Of a stretch of 64,000 nt of DNA, positions 1-7,863 are shown one piece after another. The DNA is from a virus (Duplodnaviria; Heunggongvirae; Uroviricota; Caudoviricetes): positions 416,001 through 480,000 of IMG/VR virus record IMGVR_UViG_3300020045_008999. The stretch is one strand, 5' to 3'. The notes beneath the pieces were generated by a model. That model was given only the letters and a program-made list of their open reading frames with translations, ran no database searches and was not told the DNA's origin. Every line of letters starts with the position of its first letter. The stretch's first letter is position 1. The position numbers and the translations under genes are program-made.

Positions 1-3000
1 AAATTACAATCTGATTTAACATTAGTATTAGATAAGTATATTAATGCAATCACCATAGATTCCAACTACGTGATTAGTTGTGGCAATGTTTCCGGTATTT
101 ATCGAAATTTGAACAATGGTACGGACACTACGGCCCTATTAATTGATGGAAGTTATGGACAATATGATAAATCGAAGCTACTTTTTCTAGACTATGGCAT
201 ATCATCTAAACTTAATTTCTTTACTGATAGTGGTGAGTATGTTTTGCCTACTAATGTGGTAGTGCAAGGGCCAATCGAAAAGATGCGCTTGGTGAACATT
301 GACGGTGAACAATCTTGGTTTAACTACCATAGTGATGTTGAAAAGGACGTTAAGTTTTATTCACCAATAAGTGATTCTAATATCGTTAAATACTCATCGT
401 TGTTTGATAAGGTCATTGGTACTTATCCGTTAGATACAATAATATCATATACAAATGATGCAAATGTTGGTAATAATACGACTTGCTTAATTACTAATGA
501 TATTTCTAAATTTTCTCAATTATTACCTAATTTGGAATCATCTGATAGCGGATTCAGTATATCAAATCCTAAATTAACACGCAACGCATCTGGTGTCTTC
601 CCGGCTAGTGCACATGACTTGTTTAATGCGCATACATTTTGTATAATGCTTTATAAATATATTATGGTAGTTAAAATACCATCTGGTCCAAATAGTGTGG
701 TTGGTGATGTATTTTACTTCGATAACCAGTATGTTTCCACGACACTGATATTAAATCGAATCCATACCCATAGCGGGTATGATTATTTATATTTCAATAC
801 AAACTTCAACGAAAGTATGATCAATAGTATTGTAGTGAGTTATGACACAACATCGTTTACCAATTTAAATAAATTTTACACTAACATAGATTTGGTTGAT
901 CGAATTTCGAAACATCCATTATCAATAGGTTACAATTTTATTATTCAAAGTGGTGGAATTAATATAGGTGCGCGTTTTAATAATAAAACCGCATACTATA
1001 ATATGCAGACTAAAATCGATTATATTAATGATCAGGGATCAGGTTCAATTGAGATATTATATTCCGATGCGTTTATTAAATTTGGATATTCACCTACTTA
1101 TAATGTATTAAACTATTTAAATAATATTGATAGTTCGGTATTTATTCCTGAGAAAATATTCACAGCAATGCCTTTGTATGAGTACATCCCACTCAATGCT
1201 AGTAATAGTTCGGATGCTGATAATATTTTTATTGATTTTGGGCGAGTGAAAACTAATACAATTTCATTTGGGCATAATTTAGAATTTGAATGGGATACAT
1301 TGTGGCTGCACACCTTTGTTGATATTGAATTGGTGTACACAAATTCCGTTAAATCAATTAGCGAGCGCATGTTAATTGTTAAAAAATATGAATTAGATGG
1401 TCGGTTTATCATAGAATTGGATAAAGCTTTGGTATATACCAATGGATCTTCTGATTTTGTTTCCGTCTCTATAAAAAGTAGAAATACACTGGAAATGATT
1501 AGTGATGACTTGCAGTTAATGAATAACATTCAGCGTTCATCGATGGTTAAACATATTGGAAGTTCGTATGTTACAAATATGGAAAATGATCTAAGTAGTA
1601 AATTCCCAACTGATTCATATGCGAAGATATTACTATCTGATTATGATATTAAAGATAGAGTAAGTGGGTTGATCTATGTAGATTATAACAGTAATTTGGC
1701 GTTCAATGTGATTAACGTTGAGCACAATACGGTATTGAAGATTAATAATGCCTATAACGTGGGGATCAATGTTGCATTTACCACTACTAAAAAACATGGT
1801 ATTAAGGTGGGGGATTATGTCATTATTTCTAAAAATAATGGATTTGTTGATGATTCTTGGTTGGGATTCGTCTCAATCACAGCAATTATTGACGAACACA
1901 CATTTGTTACTAATAAACAATGGGGAAGTCCAATTGGTTCTGGGTGTACGGCTGATGTTTACTTTGTTGAAAGTGATCCATTTTTGAATTATCAACCGGT
2001 TGATATTATGGAACTTGGCTTAGATGTTGCGCCTAAACAGGCAGTTGAATTGAAACCAAGAAATATGAAAATCACTGGGGATATTGTATCACTAGTTGGT
2101 GTTGATTATACGAAATTTAGATATACGTGTGTTGATGGGTTGAGTCTTGCTAAAATTGCTTCGGATTTTTCATGGATTCTCAATGCTGACATATCAAATG
2201 CTGTAATTGGACAAAATAGTTCTGGATTGGTTTGGTATTCTGGTAGGTGGAATGATGGTAGGTGGTTTGGTAGTGAGTGGATATCCGGCGAGTGGATATC
2301 CGGCGACTGGTATCAGGGTACGTGGAATTCACAACAAGTTCTAAATGATAACGTGAGTATTAATATTACCAAAATCCAAGACGTATTATCTTCTAAATGG
2401 TATTCGGGTCGATGGTTTGATGGAACGTGGAATGGTGGGTCGTGGTTTGGTGGTCGCCGTTATGGTGGGATATGGAATGGTGGGATATGGAATGGTGGGA
2501 TATGGAATGAGGGTACGTGGAATTCTGGATTATTTTCTGGTGGTATTTGGGTGGCAGGTATTTGGAATGGTGGTAGGTTTAATATGGATAGAAAACCGTC
2601 ATATTGGCTTAATGGTAAATGGCAGGGTGGTGATTTTGAAAGTGGTAGATGGTTTAATGGTGAATTTTCAGAAAAATCATCGAAATCGAGATTTGGAACA
2701 CTATCAACCAATACTAAGCAATCCTTATGGGATTCCGGAAGCTGGATTGGTGGTGAATTTCATTCGAATTTAACTACAACAGATGATGGGGTAACAATCC
2801 AATCAGATATACATCGCTTCAGTTATTGGAAAACTGGGACCTGGGGTGGTGGGAAATTTTATGGTGGAACGGCATATAATATTCGATTTAAATCTGGTGA
2901 TTGGTATGGCGGTGTTAGTGACGATCTAGAAATAGTAAACGCATCAGTGTTGATGGACAACATAAATGAAGTGATACCCAAAATACGAATAAATGGGGTA

Positions 3001-3591
3001 ATGCGATTTAATAGGGGTGATGAATTGTGTATAATGGGGAATTCAGTATCTTCGATTGGTACCACAGAAAATCCGCTAACATATACTGTGATTAGTTCGG
3101 AAACTGATGGCATTTCATATACAGATGTGTACGTAGTCTCAATGAATCTTATTTCTGAAAAATTCAAATCGAGTTTGTTACTTAAAATGATGGATTATAT
3201 TTTGCGTAAAGGTGGTAGCATCAATCCTTTAATAATGAGCGTTGTTATCCATAATAATGTAACACATGTTAATGAAACTGTTAATATGTCAATATATGAG
3301 TATTTAGAATTGTGTGTGGCCGAAGACATTGATATGGCAATAGATAACGATCCAGATTATATAAGTATTATTAATCCATTAATATTGGAATCTATTCGAT
3401 TACTATTAACATCCTCAGTGGGGGATATTGATATGGATAAAATGGACACCGGTATGAGGTTGGTAAGTAAATTCACTAACTCCAATTGGCATAGTGGTGT
3501 GTGGTACAATGGTGTATTTGAATCCGGTAGTTTTGATGGGGGTATTTGGTATGATGGTAAATTTACCGGCGAATGGGGAAAACAAATTTAA
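1..3591 (+). CDS. Large putative virion protein with W-x-x-G-x pentapeptide repeats (5'-truncated by window)
   Basis: Frame 1 is open from base 1. Many WNGGIW/WYSGRW repeats at about 2230-2910 and 3480-3580. Adjacent to the neck gene. Confidence 0.7.
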   Translation, partial: KLQSDLTLVLDKYINAITIDSNYVISCGNVSGIYRNLNNGTDTTALLIDGSYGQYDKSKLLFLDYGISSKLNFFTDSGEYVLPTNVVVQGPIEKMRLVNIDGEQSWFNYHSDVEKDVKFYSPISDSNIVKYSSLFDKVIGTYPLDTIISYTNDANVGNNTTCLITNDISKFSQLLPNLESSDSGFSISNPKLTRNASGVFPASAHDLFNAHTFCIMLYKYIMVVKIPSGPNSVVGDVFYFDNQYVSTTLILNRIHTHSGYDYLYFNTNFNESMINSIVVSYDTTSFTNLNKFYTNIDLVDRISKHPLSIGYNFIIQSGGINIGARFNNKTAYYNMQTKIDYINDQGSGSIEILYSDAFIKFGYSPTYNVLNYLNNIDSSVFIPEKIFTAMPLYEYIPLNASNSSDADNIFIDFGRVKTNTISFGHNLEFEWDTLWLHTFVDIELVYTNSVKSISERMLIVKKYELDGRFIIELDKALVYTNGSSDFVSVSIKSRNTLEMISDDLQLMNNIQRSSMVKHIGSSYVTNMENDLSSKFPTDSYAKILLSDYDIKDRVSGLIYVDYNSNLAFNVINVEHNTVLKINNAYNVGINVAFTTTKKHGIKVGDYVIISKNNGFVDDSWLGFVSITAIIDEHTFVTNKQWGSPIGSGCTADVYFVESDPFLNYQPVDIMELGLDVAPKQAVELKPRNMKITGDIVSLVGVDYTKFRYTCVDGLSLAKIASDFSWILNADISNAVIGQNSSGLVWYSGRWNDGRWFGSEWISGEWISGDWYQGTWNSQQVLNDNVSINITKIQDVLSSKWYSGRWFDGTWNGGSWFGGRRYGGIWNGGIWNGGIWNEGTWNSGLFSGGIWVAGIWNGGRFNMDRKPSYWLNGKWQGGDFESGRWFNGEFSEKSSKSRFGTLSTNTKQSLWDSGSWIGGEFHSNLTTTDDGVTIQSDIHRFSYWKTGTWGGGKFYGGTAYNIRFKSGDWYGGVSDDLEIVNASVLMDNINEVIPKIRINGVMRFNRGDELCIMGNSVSSIGTTENPLTYTVISSETDGISYTDVYVVSMNLISEKFKSSLLLKMMDYILRKGGSINPLIMSVVIHNNVTHVNETVNMSIYEYLELCVAEDIDMAIDNDPDYISIINPLILESIRLLLTSSVGDIDMDKMDTGMRLVSKFTNSNWHSGVWYNGVFESGSFDGGIWYDGKFTGEWGKQI

Positions 3592-3594
3592 AAA

Positions 3595-5808
3595 ATGTAT
3601 ATAATAAATAAAGATTATTCAACTGGCGATATAAAAATCAGGGAAGACTTTGTCATTAATAAAATAGTTTCTGATTATTTGGTATTGCGATTTGGTAGAA
3701 GTGAGGAAATATTTGATATAGCTAAATTTAAATCATTTACTGCAATGTTTATTGGTATTCAGTCCAATATGGATGTGGTAGTCGAATATAGAATATCTCG
3801 CAATGGTGACACTTATGGCATATGGTTACCCATGATCAATGATACAATAGCAGAAGCCCCAAACCATTTGTTGTTTAGGATTGAAAATTTTCCATTGGTG
3901 AATGAAATAGATCGTTTTTATATTGATGTCAAAATTACGAAAAATCTTATAGATAAACCAATTGAATTAGTTAGCTATTCACTTAATGGGAAGATTGAAC
4001 GAAACTTACAATCCGGTGCCGATGAATTTTTAGTTATGCCGGGTGGTACCGCAGTTATAAAGCCGCCATATATATTTAAAATATTTAAATTGAGTGATGT
4101 TGAAATATTAGTAAATGGAAATCCTATAATCAAATATCGTTTTTCAAATGATAACGGTAGAACAGTTAGTGAATGGGAAATACTATCTAAAGAAAACATA
4201 AGTACTAAGAGAATAAATCCAATTAGGTTTTTTCAAATTGAATATCTTATAGAGAATGATACCAACTCACCGGTTCAAATTAATGATATTAATCTAATCG
4301 GTGATTTACAAAATGTAACATTAGATATCAAAACAAACCTTTATGGTATTCGAGAAGATTGTAATAGTTTAATGTTAAATATTGCGAATGGTATAAGTAT
4401 TGGTACTACGCAATCATCTGGGGATATGTCAGGGACTGTCCCTGGTAGTTCGGGTTTTTGTGCAAATGGTAGTGGCTTGGTTGCAATGAGTGCTGCTGAA
4501 CGGGCTAATTTATTCAACCCGTATCAACAAACACAAACTATTGATTTCCTAAACACAATAAGCAATGATGCGAATGCAATTTTCGGTCATGAAGTATTGT
4601 ATTTCATAACGGATGCCGATAGTAATGGGATTGACTATACATTTCATGAATACCAATTACTTAACTACGTTTGTAGCGAAACTATTAAAGTTTCAGTTGA
4701 TGGTAATAATTTCCCAGATAATCAAATATCTATAAATCAATTTGATTTATCATTATTTGAGTCATTTGAAATACACATCACTAAAGATGACTTCAAGGCT
4801 ATATTCGGTGTTGATAAGAGACCATCTAAAGAAGATTTCTTATGGTTCTGTACATTGAATAGAATGTTCCAAGTTGAACATGCACAAGCATTTCGCCAAT
4901 TTAATAATGCATCTATATATTATAAAGTGTTACTTAAAAAATATACACAAAAAGCAAATGTTGGTGCTGGGAACAAAAATATCGAAGATCGCGTACGAGA
5001 GCTTACTAGAAATTCGACAATTGATGAATTATTTGGTATGGAAATGGAAGATGATAAAGCAGCGGTGGCAAACAAAGAACAGTTTAATACTTTAACTAAA
5101 GATACACTAAGGTTAGAAACATCCGCTAGAATAATTAAAGAAATTGTGGAAAGTAGAACCAATGTGATTGCTAAAACATATTATGACTTGGCATATTCGA
5201 GACCGGGGGAAGAAGTAGTTAAATATCGTAATATGAAAAATGACTACCGAACATCTGATAATTTTGCTTTCTATTGCTGGTTTAACCTGGAAGAATATGC
5301 CATTAATGACGTACATAATTTGTTTAACTTTCATGATGGTTCATATGGATTTCGTGTTGATATTAAATCAAATGGTGTTGTGATTCAAATCAATTCGGAT
5401 GAATATAAACTGGACTTCGCAATACCTATCGGTACCTACACATATGACGATCTATCAGAGGATAAATGGGTTGCCTACTTGGTTAATGTGGATCAAAGGA
5501 ACCGCAATATTACGCAATATCTTTATAGAATGAGTGAAGTTAATAACCCATCATTGGAAATGGTGTATAGGGCCGCCAATGAGCTTATCGAGCAAGAATT
5601 TTACTTAGGTGATACTCAGGCAACTATTAGTGCATCTGATATAAAAATGACAAATATTACATTGTTCAATGATGTAATACCTGAAAGTATGCATATTAAA
5701 CTACTAAGTTCGCCAGTGATTAGAGACGATTCAAAGCACTTAGTTTTCACTGACAACGCGAATGCTACCTTAGTATTGCCAAATTATTCAATATCACAGG
5801 AAAAATAA
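3595..5808 (+). CDS. T4 gp14-like neck/head-completion domain with N- and C-terminal extensions
   Basis: Central segment FNPY...FGHEVLYF...EIHITKDDF...KRPSKEDFLWFCTLNRMFQVEH resembles gp14 ([22 protein letters not shown]). Confidence 0.6.
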   Translation: MYIINKDYSTGDIKIREDFVINKIVSDYLVLRFGRSEEIFDIAKFKSFTAMFIGIQSNMDVVVEYRISRNGDTYGIWLPMINDTIAEAPNHLLFRIENFPLVNEIDRFYIDVKITKNLIDKPIELVSYSLNGKIERNLQSGADEFLVMPGGTAVIKPPYIFKIFKLSDVEILVNGNPIIKYRFSNDNGRTVSEWEILSKENISTKRINPIRFFQIEYLIENDTNSPVQINDINLIGDLQNVTLDIKTNLYGIREDCNSLMLNIANGISIGTTQSSGDMSGTVPGSSGFCANGSGLVAMSAAERANLFNPYQQTQTIDFLNTISNDANAIFGHEVLYFITDADSNGIDYTFHEYQLLNYVCSETIKVSVDGNNFPDNQISINQFDLSLFESFEIHITKDDFKAIFGVDKRPSKEDFLWFCTLNRMFQVEHAQAFRQFNNASIYYKVLLKKYTQKANVGAGNKNIEDRVRELTRNSTIDELFGMEMEDDKAAVANKEQFNTLTKDTLRLETSARIIKEIVESRTNVIAKTYYDLAYSRPGEEVVKYRNMKNDYRTSDNFAFYCWFNLEEYAINDVHNLFNFHDGSYGFRVDIKSNGVVIQINSDEYKLDFAIPIGTYTYDDLSEDKWVAYLVNVDQRNRNITQYLYRMSEVNNPSLEMVYRAANELIEQEFYLGDTQATISASDIKMTNITLFNDVIPESMHIKLLSSPVIRDDSKHLVFTDNANATLVLPNYSISQEK
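5701..5778 (+). repeat. Direct repeat copy 1 (3' end of gp14-like gene)
   Basis: 78 bp, about 85% identical to 6263-6340. Confidence 0.9.
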
Positions 5809-6269
5809 TGAGTAAAGATATCAAAAAATTCGGAAAATTTATAAAAGAAACTGGTAGCGAAAAAATAAAAAGATCACTACTTAAAATATCCATGGTATAT
5901 TCAGCAAATTTCAATAAATCAACCACTGAATTAAACAATGGTTTGTGTGAAGATATTGCACATGATGTAATTGATGATATTGGTGGTGAATCTTACAACA
6001 CATTTATCATCGATGATGGATTTTTCTGGGATACTGATGTTGTTAGTGAATATACGACACGTAGTGGTGAATATTGGAATATTGATAATTTAAAAAAATA
6101 TGGTGATCCTCCTTTTGAATATCGGGATTTAGATAAGTTAGACTTGACTGGTCATGTTTGGATTTATCACAACGGTAAACACTATGATGTTGAAGCACTA
6201 GACGGGGTTGAAAATTTTTGGATGCTGCCTATCTATATCCGACAAATTGCGAAACTGAAATTATATTAA
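5808..6269 (+). CDS. Putative papain/transglutaminase-fold protein with capsid-targeting-like N-terminus
   Basis: NGLCEDIA...GHVWIYHNGKHYD gives Cys-His-Asp spacing; starts MSKDIKKFGKFIKE. Confidence 0.5.
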   Translation: MSKDIKKFGKFIKETGSEKIKRSLLKISMVYSANFNKSTTELNNGLCEDIAHDVIDDIGGESYNTFIIDDGFFWDTDVVSEYTTRSGEYWNIDNLKKYGDPPFEYRDLDKLDLTGHVWIYHNGKHYDVEALDGVENFWMLPIYIRQIAKLKLY

Positions 6270-6340
6270 GTCCACCGGTGATTATAGACGATTCAAAGCA
6301 CTTAGTTTCCACAGACAACGCGAATGGGACCTTAGTATTA
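6263..6340 (+). repeat. Direct repeat copy 2 (degenerate duplicate of gp14-like 3' end)
   Basis: Translates ILSPPVIIDDSKHLVSTDNANGTLVL versus LLSSPVIRDDSKHLVFTDNANATLVL in copy 1. Confidence 0.9.
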
Positions 6341-6585
6341 CTTCTATATTTGATTTTAATCACCAAGAAGGAAAAATCAATGGTGGCGAAAGTGTCTGGT
6401 TAATTTCAGGATCGCCATCACCCAATAATATCGCGATACAGGGGTCATTGGTGCAGTTTGAAAACAATCCGGAAGAACAAGAATTGATGATATTAGATAC
6501 TACCAAAATACAAATATATAAAGTGACTAAATTAAAATAATATTCATTATTTTGTATATTACTTGACTAGTATCTGGTATTTTCA

Positions 6586-6593
6586 TATATTTG
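6586..6593 (+). promoter_or_regulatory. Bacteroidota-type -7 promoter element (representative)
   Basis: TATATTTG fits TAnnTTTG. Also at 10918(-), 13104, 26664(-), 36253, 37848, 38608, 49760(-) and 63126, each just upstream of a gene. Confidence 0.65.
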
Positions 6594-6647
6594 TATTTTA
6601 TTATAGTTCAAATGGATTGAACGTCCTTAAAACTAAAAACAAATATT

Positions 6648-6905
6648 ATGAAAAACTTCTTTTACTTTATCGCCGGTGTGTGTTTTATCACACTAATTTC
6701 GGTAACTACCGTTTCAATTATGACAGTAAAACCTATGACCCCAAAGGTCACTATTGTTGAAGATTTTAGATCAATGTATGGATTGGAGAAAGAGATGAAG
6801 CACTTTATACAATCAAAAGTTAAAGAAGGATTCGTAGTAAAATCAATTGCTATTATGGATGATGAATCTACTAGCAAGGGAATTGTTGTTCTTGAAAAAT
6901 ACTAG
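6648..6905 (+). CDS. Small protein with N-terminal membrane anchor
   Basis: Hydrophobic N-terminus FFYFIAGVCFITLISV; A-rich leader. Confidence 0.7.
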   Translation: MKNFFYFIAGVCFITLISVTTVSIMTVKPMTPKVTIVEDFRSMYGLEKEMKHFIQSKVKEGFVVKSIAIMDDESTSKGIVVLEKY

Positions 6906-6935
6906 ATACTATATTTACCATAAACGCATATTTCC

Positions 6936-6971
6936 AAAACCCCCAACATAATAATGTGTTGGGGGTTTTTT
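6936..6971. terminator. Bidirectional intrinsic terminator closing the tRNA operon
   Basis: AAAACCCCCAACATA...TGTGTTGGGGGTTTTTT. Confidence 0.85.
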
Positions 6972-6972
6972 G

Positions 6973-7045
6973 AGCCAAATATCGGACTCGAGCCGATAAT
7001 CTTGTTGTTACAAATAACATGCTTCACCAATTAAGCTAATTCGGC
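6973..7045 (-). tRNA. tRNA-Thr(UGU)
   Basis: Acceptor GCCGAAT/ATTTGGC; anticodon loop TT-TGT-AA with an A31-C39 mismatch; T-loop CTCGAGT; no encoded CCA. Confidence 0.85.
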
Positions 7046-7053
7046 AATTATTG

Positions 7054-7137
7054 AGCGCATAGACGGATTCGAACCGCCGTTGTACATATGTAACATCGTT
7101 TGCGGCGATGTGCCTTCGACCACTTAGCTATATGCGC
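7054..7137 (-). tRNA. tRNA-Cys(GCA) with long variable arm
   Basis: Acceptor GCGCATA/TATGCGC; stem CATCG/CGATG; loop CC-GCA-AA; U73; 15-nt variable region. Confidence 0.85.
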
Positions 7138-7146
7138 TTATTTTAG

Positions 7147-7219
7147 CGGGGACACTTGGCTACGATCCAAGTACCTACGGATTAACAGTCCGTTGCTCTA
7201 CCAATTGAGCTATATCCCC
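7147..7219 (-). tRNA. tRNA-Asn(GUU)
   Basis: Acceptor GGGGATA/TGTCCCC; ACGGA-CTGTTAA-TCCGT; G73; atypical T-loop ATCGTAG. Confidence 0.9.
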
Positions 7220-7225
7220 ATTTTG

Positions 7226-7298
7226 ATTCCCGACCTAGATTCGAACTAGGACTCAACACTTTAGAAAAATGTGGCTTTTCCAATTAAGCTACCGGGAA
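7226..7298 (-). tRNA. tRNA-Arg(UCU)
   Basis: Acceptor TTCCCGG/TCGGGAA; ACATT-TTTCTAA-AGTGT; T-loop TTCGAAT. Confidence 0.9.
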
Positions 7299-7308
7299 AT
7301 CTTATTTG

Positions 7309-7389
7309 TACCGAGGGTGGGGATCGAACCCACACGCCTTTCGGCACCAGATCCTAAGTCTGGCGTGGCTACCATTACACCACCTCGGC
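7309..7389 (-). tRNA. tRNA-Leu(UAG)
   Basis: CCAGA-CTTAGGA-TCTGG; long variable arm GCCGAAAGGC; A73. Confidence 0.95.
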
Positions 7390-7395
7390 ATTTTG

Positions 7396-7469
7396 TTGTT
7401 TATGATGGACTCGAACCATCGACCACCGCAGTATCAGTGCGAGACTCTAACCAACTGAGCTAATAAACA
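7396..7469 (-). tRNA. tRNA-Ile(GAU)
   Basis: Acceptor TGTTTAT/ATAAACA; TCGCA-CTGATAC-TGCGG; T-loop TTCGAGT. Confidence 0.9.
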
Positions 7470-7479
7470 ATTTATTTTG

Positions 7480-7564
7480 TACCGAGAAAGGGGATTGAAC
7501 CCTCACGAGCATTACTGCTCACTGGATTTTAAGTCCAGCGTGTCTACCATTTCACCACCTCGGC
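7480..7564 (-). tRNA. tRNA-Leu(UAA)
   Basis: CTGGA-CTTAAAA-TCCAG; variable arm GAGCAGTAATGCTC; A73. Confidence 0.95.
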
Positions 7565-7569
7565 ATTTG

Positions 7570-7644
7570 TTGTCCATGCTGGATTCAAACCAGCGACCTA
7601 ATCGGTGTAAACGAATTGCTCTAAATCAACTGAGCTAATGGACA
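7570..7644 (-). tRNA. tRNA-Val(UAC), first tRNA of the operon
   Basis: Acceptor TGTCCAT/ATGGACA; loop TT-TAC-AC; T-arm GCTGG-TTTGAAT-CCAGC. Confidence 0.88.
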
Positions 7645-7646
7645 AT

Positions 7647-7680
7647 AAAAAAACCCCTAAACTTTCGATTAGGGGATTTT
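7647..7680 (-). terminator. Intrinsic terminator directly upstream of the tRNA operon (putative attenuator)
   Basis: Minus strand AAAATCCCCTAA-TC-GAAA-GT-TTAGGGG-T7; ends 2 nt before the 5' end of tRNA-Val. Confidence 0.85.
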
Positions 7681-7714
7681 GGTTATTATTTAATTTATGA
7701 TTTCAACTCACGAA

Positions 7715-7822
7715 CTATACAACAATGCCTCCCCCATAACAAGTCAGTCTAATACATAAAGTATTATTCACGACAGTTAGTGTGTTAAGGTTATTAATTG
7801 TATTTAAGTTCATTGTTTTCAT
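7715..7822 (-). CDS. Putative attenuator leader peptide, 35 aa (MKTMNLNTINNLNTLTVVNNTLCIRLTCYGGGIVV); absent from the ORF track
   Basis: ATG at 7822 to TAG at 7715. Codons 5-28 encode only N, L, T, I, V, C and R, the amino acids of the downstream tRNAs. TAATATATA motif 7 nt upstream. Confidence 0.8.
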   Translation of the reverse strand: MKTMNLNTINNLNTLTVVNNTLCIRLTCYGGGIVV

Positions 7823-7829
7823 CTTATAG

Positions 7830-7838
7830 TATATATTA
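7830..7838 (-). promoter_or_regulatory. TAATATATA putative late promoter driving the leader and tRNA operon
   Basis: The same exact motif precedes about 15 genes in the window, including the capsid gene. Confidence 0.7.
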
Positions 7839-7863
7839 ACTTTTTATTCTTCCTTTTGGGTTA

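Noticed and set aside
5701-6340. 78-bp repeat pair as a DGR template/variable repeat
   Set aside because: Mismatches are not adenine-specific, and no reverse transcriptase is present in the window.
7226-7298. Amber suppressor tRNA (CUA) or stop-codon recoding
   Set aside because: Stem pairing centres the loop on TCT (Arg). Core genes are intact in code 11, and TAG/TGA act as stops.
7269-7463. 64-aa ORF over the tRNAs, plus the many antisense and overlapping ORFs in the track
   Set aside because: They are shadows of tRNA genes or of longer, motif-supported genes.
7715-7830. T-box riboswitch upstream of the tRNA operon
   Set aside because: No T-box consensus (UGGNACC) or stem I motifs; the leader-peptide model explains the sequence better.
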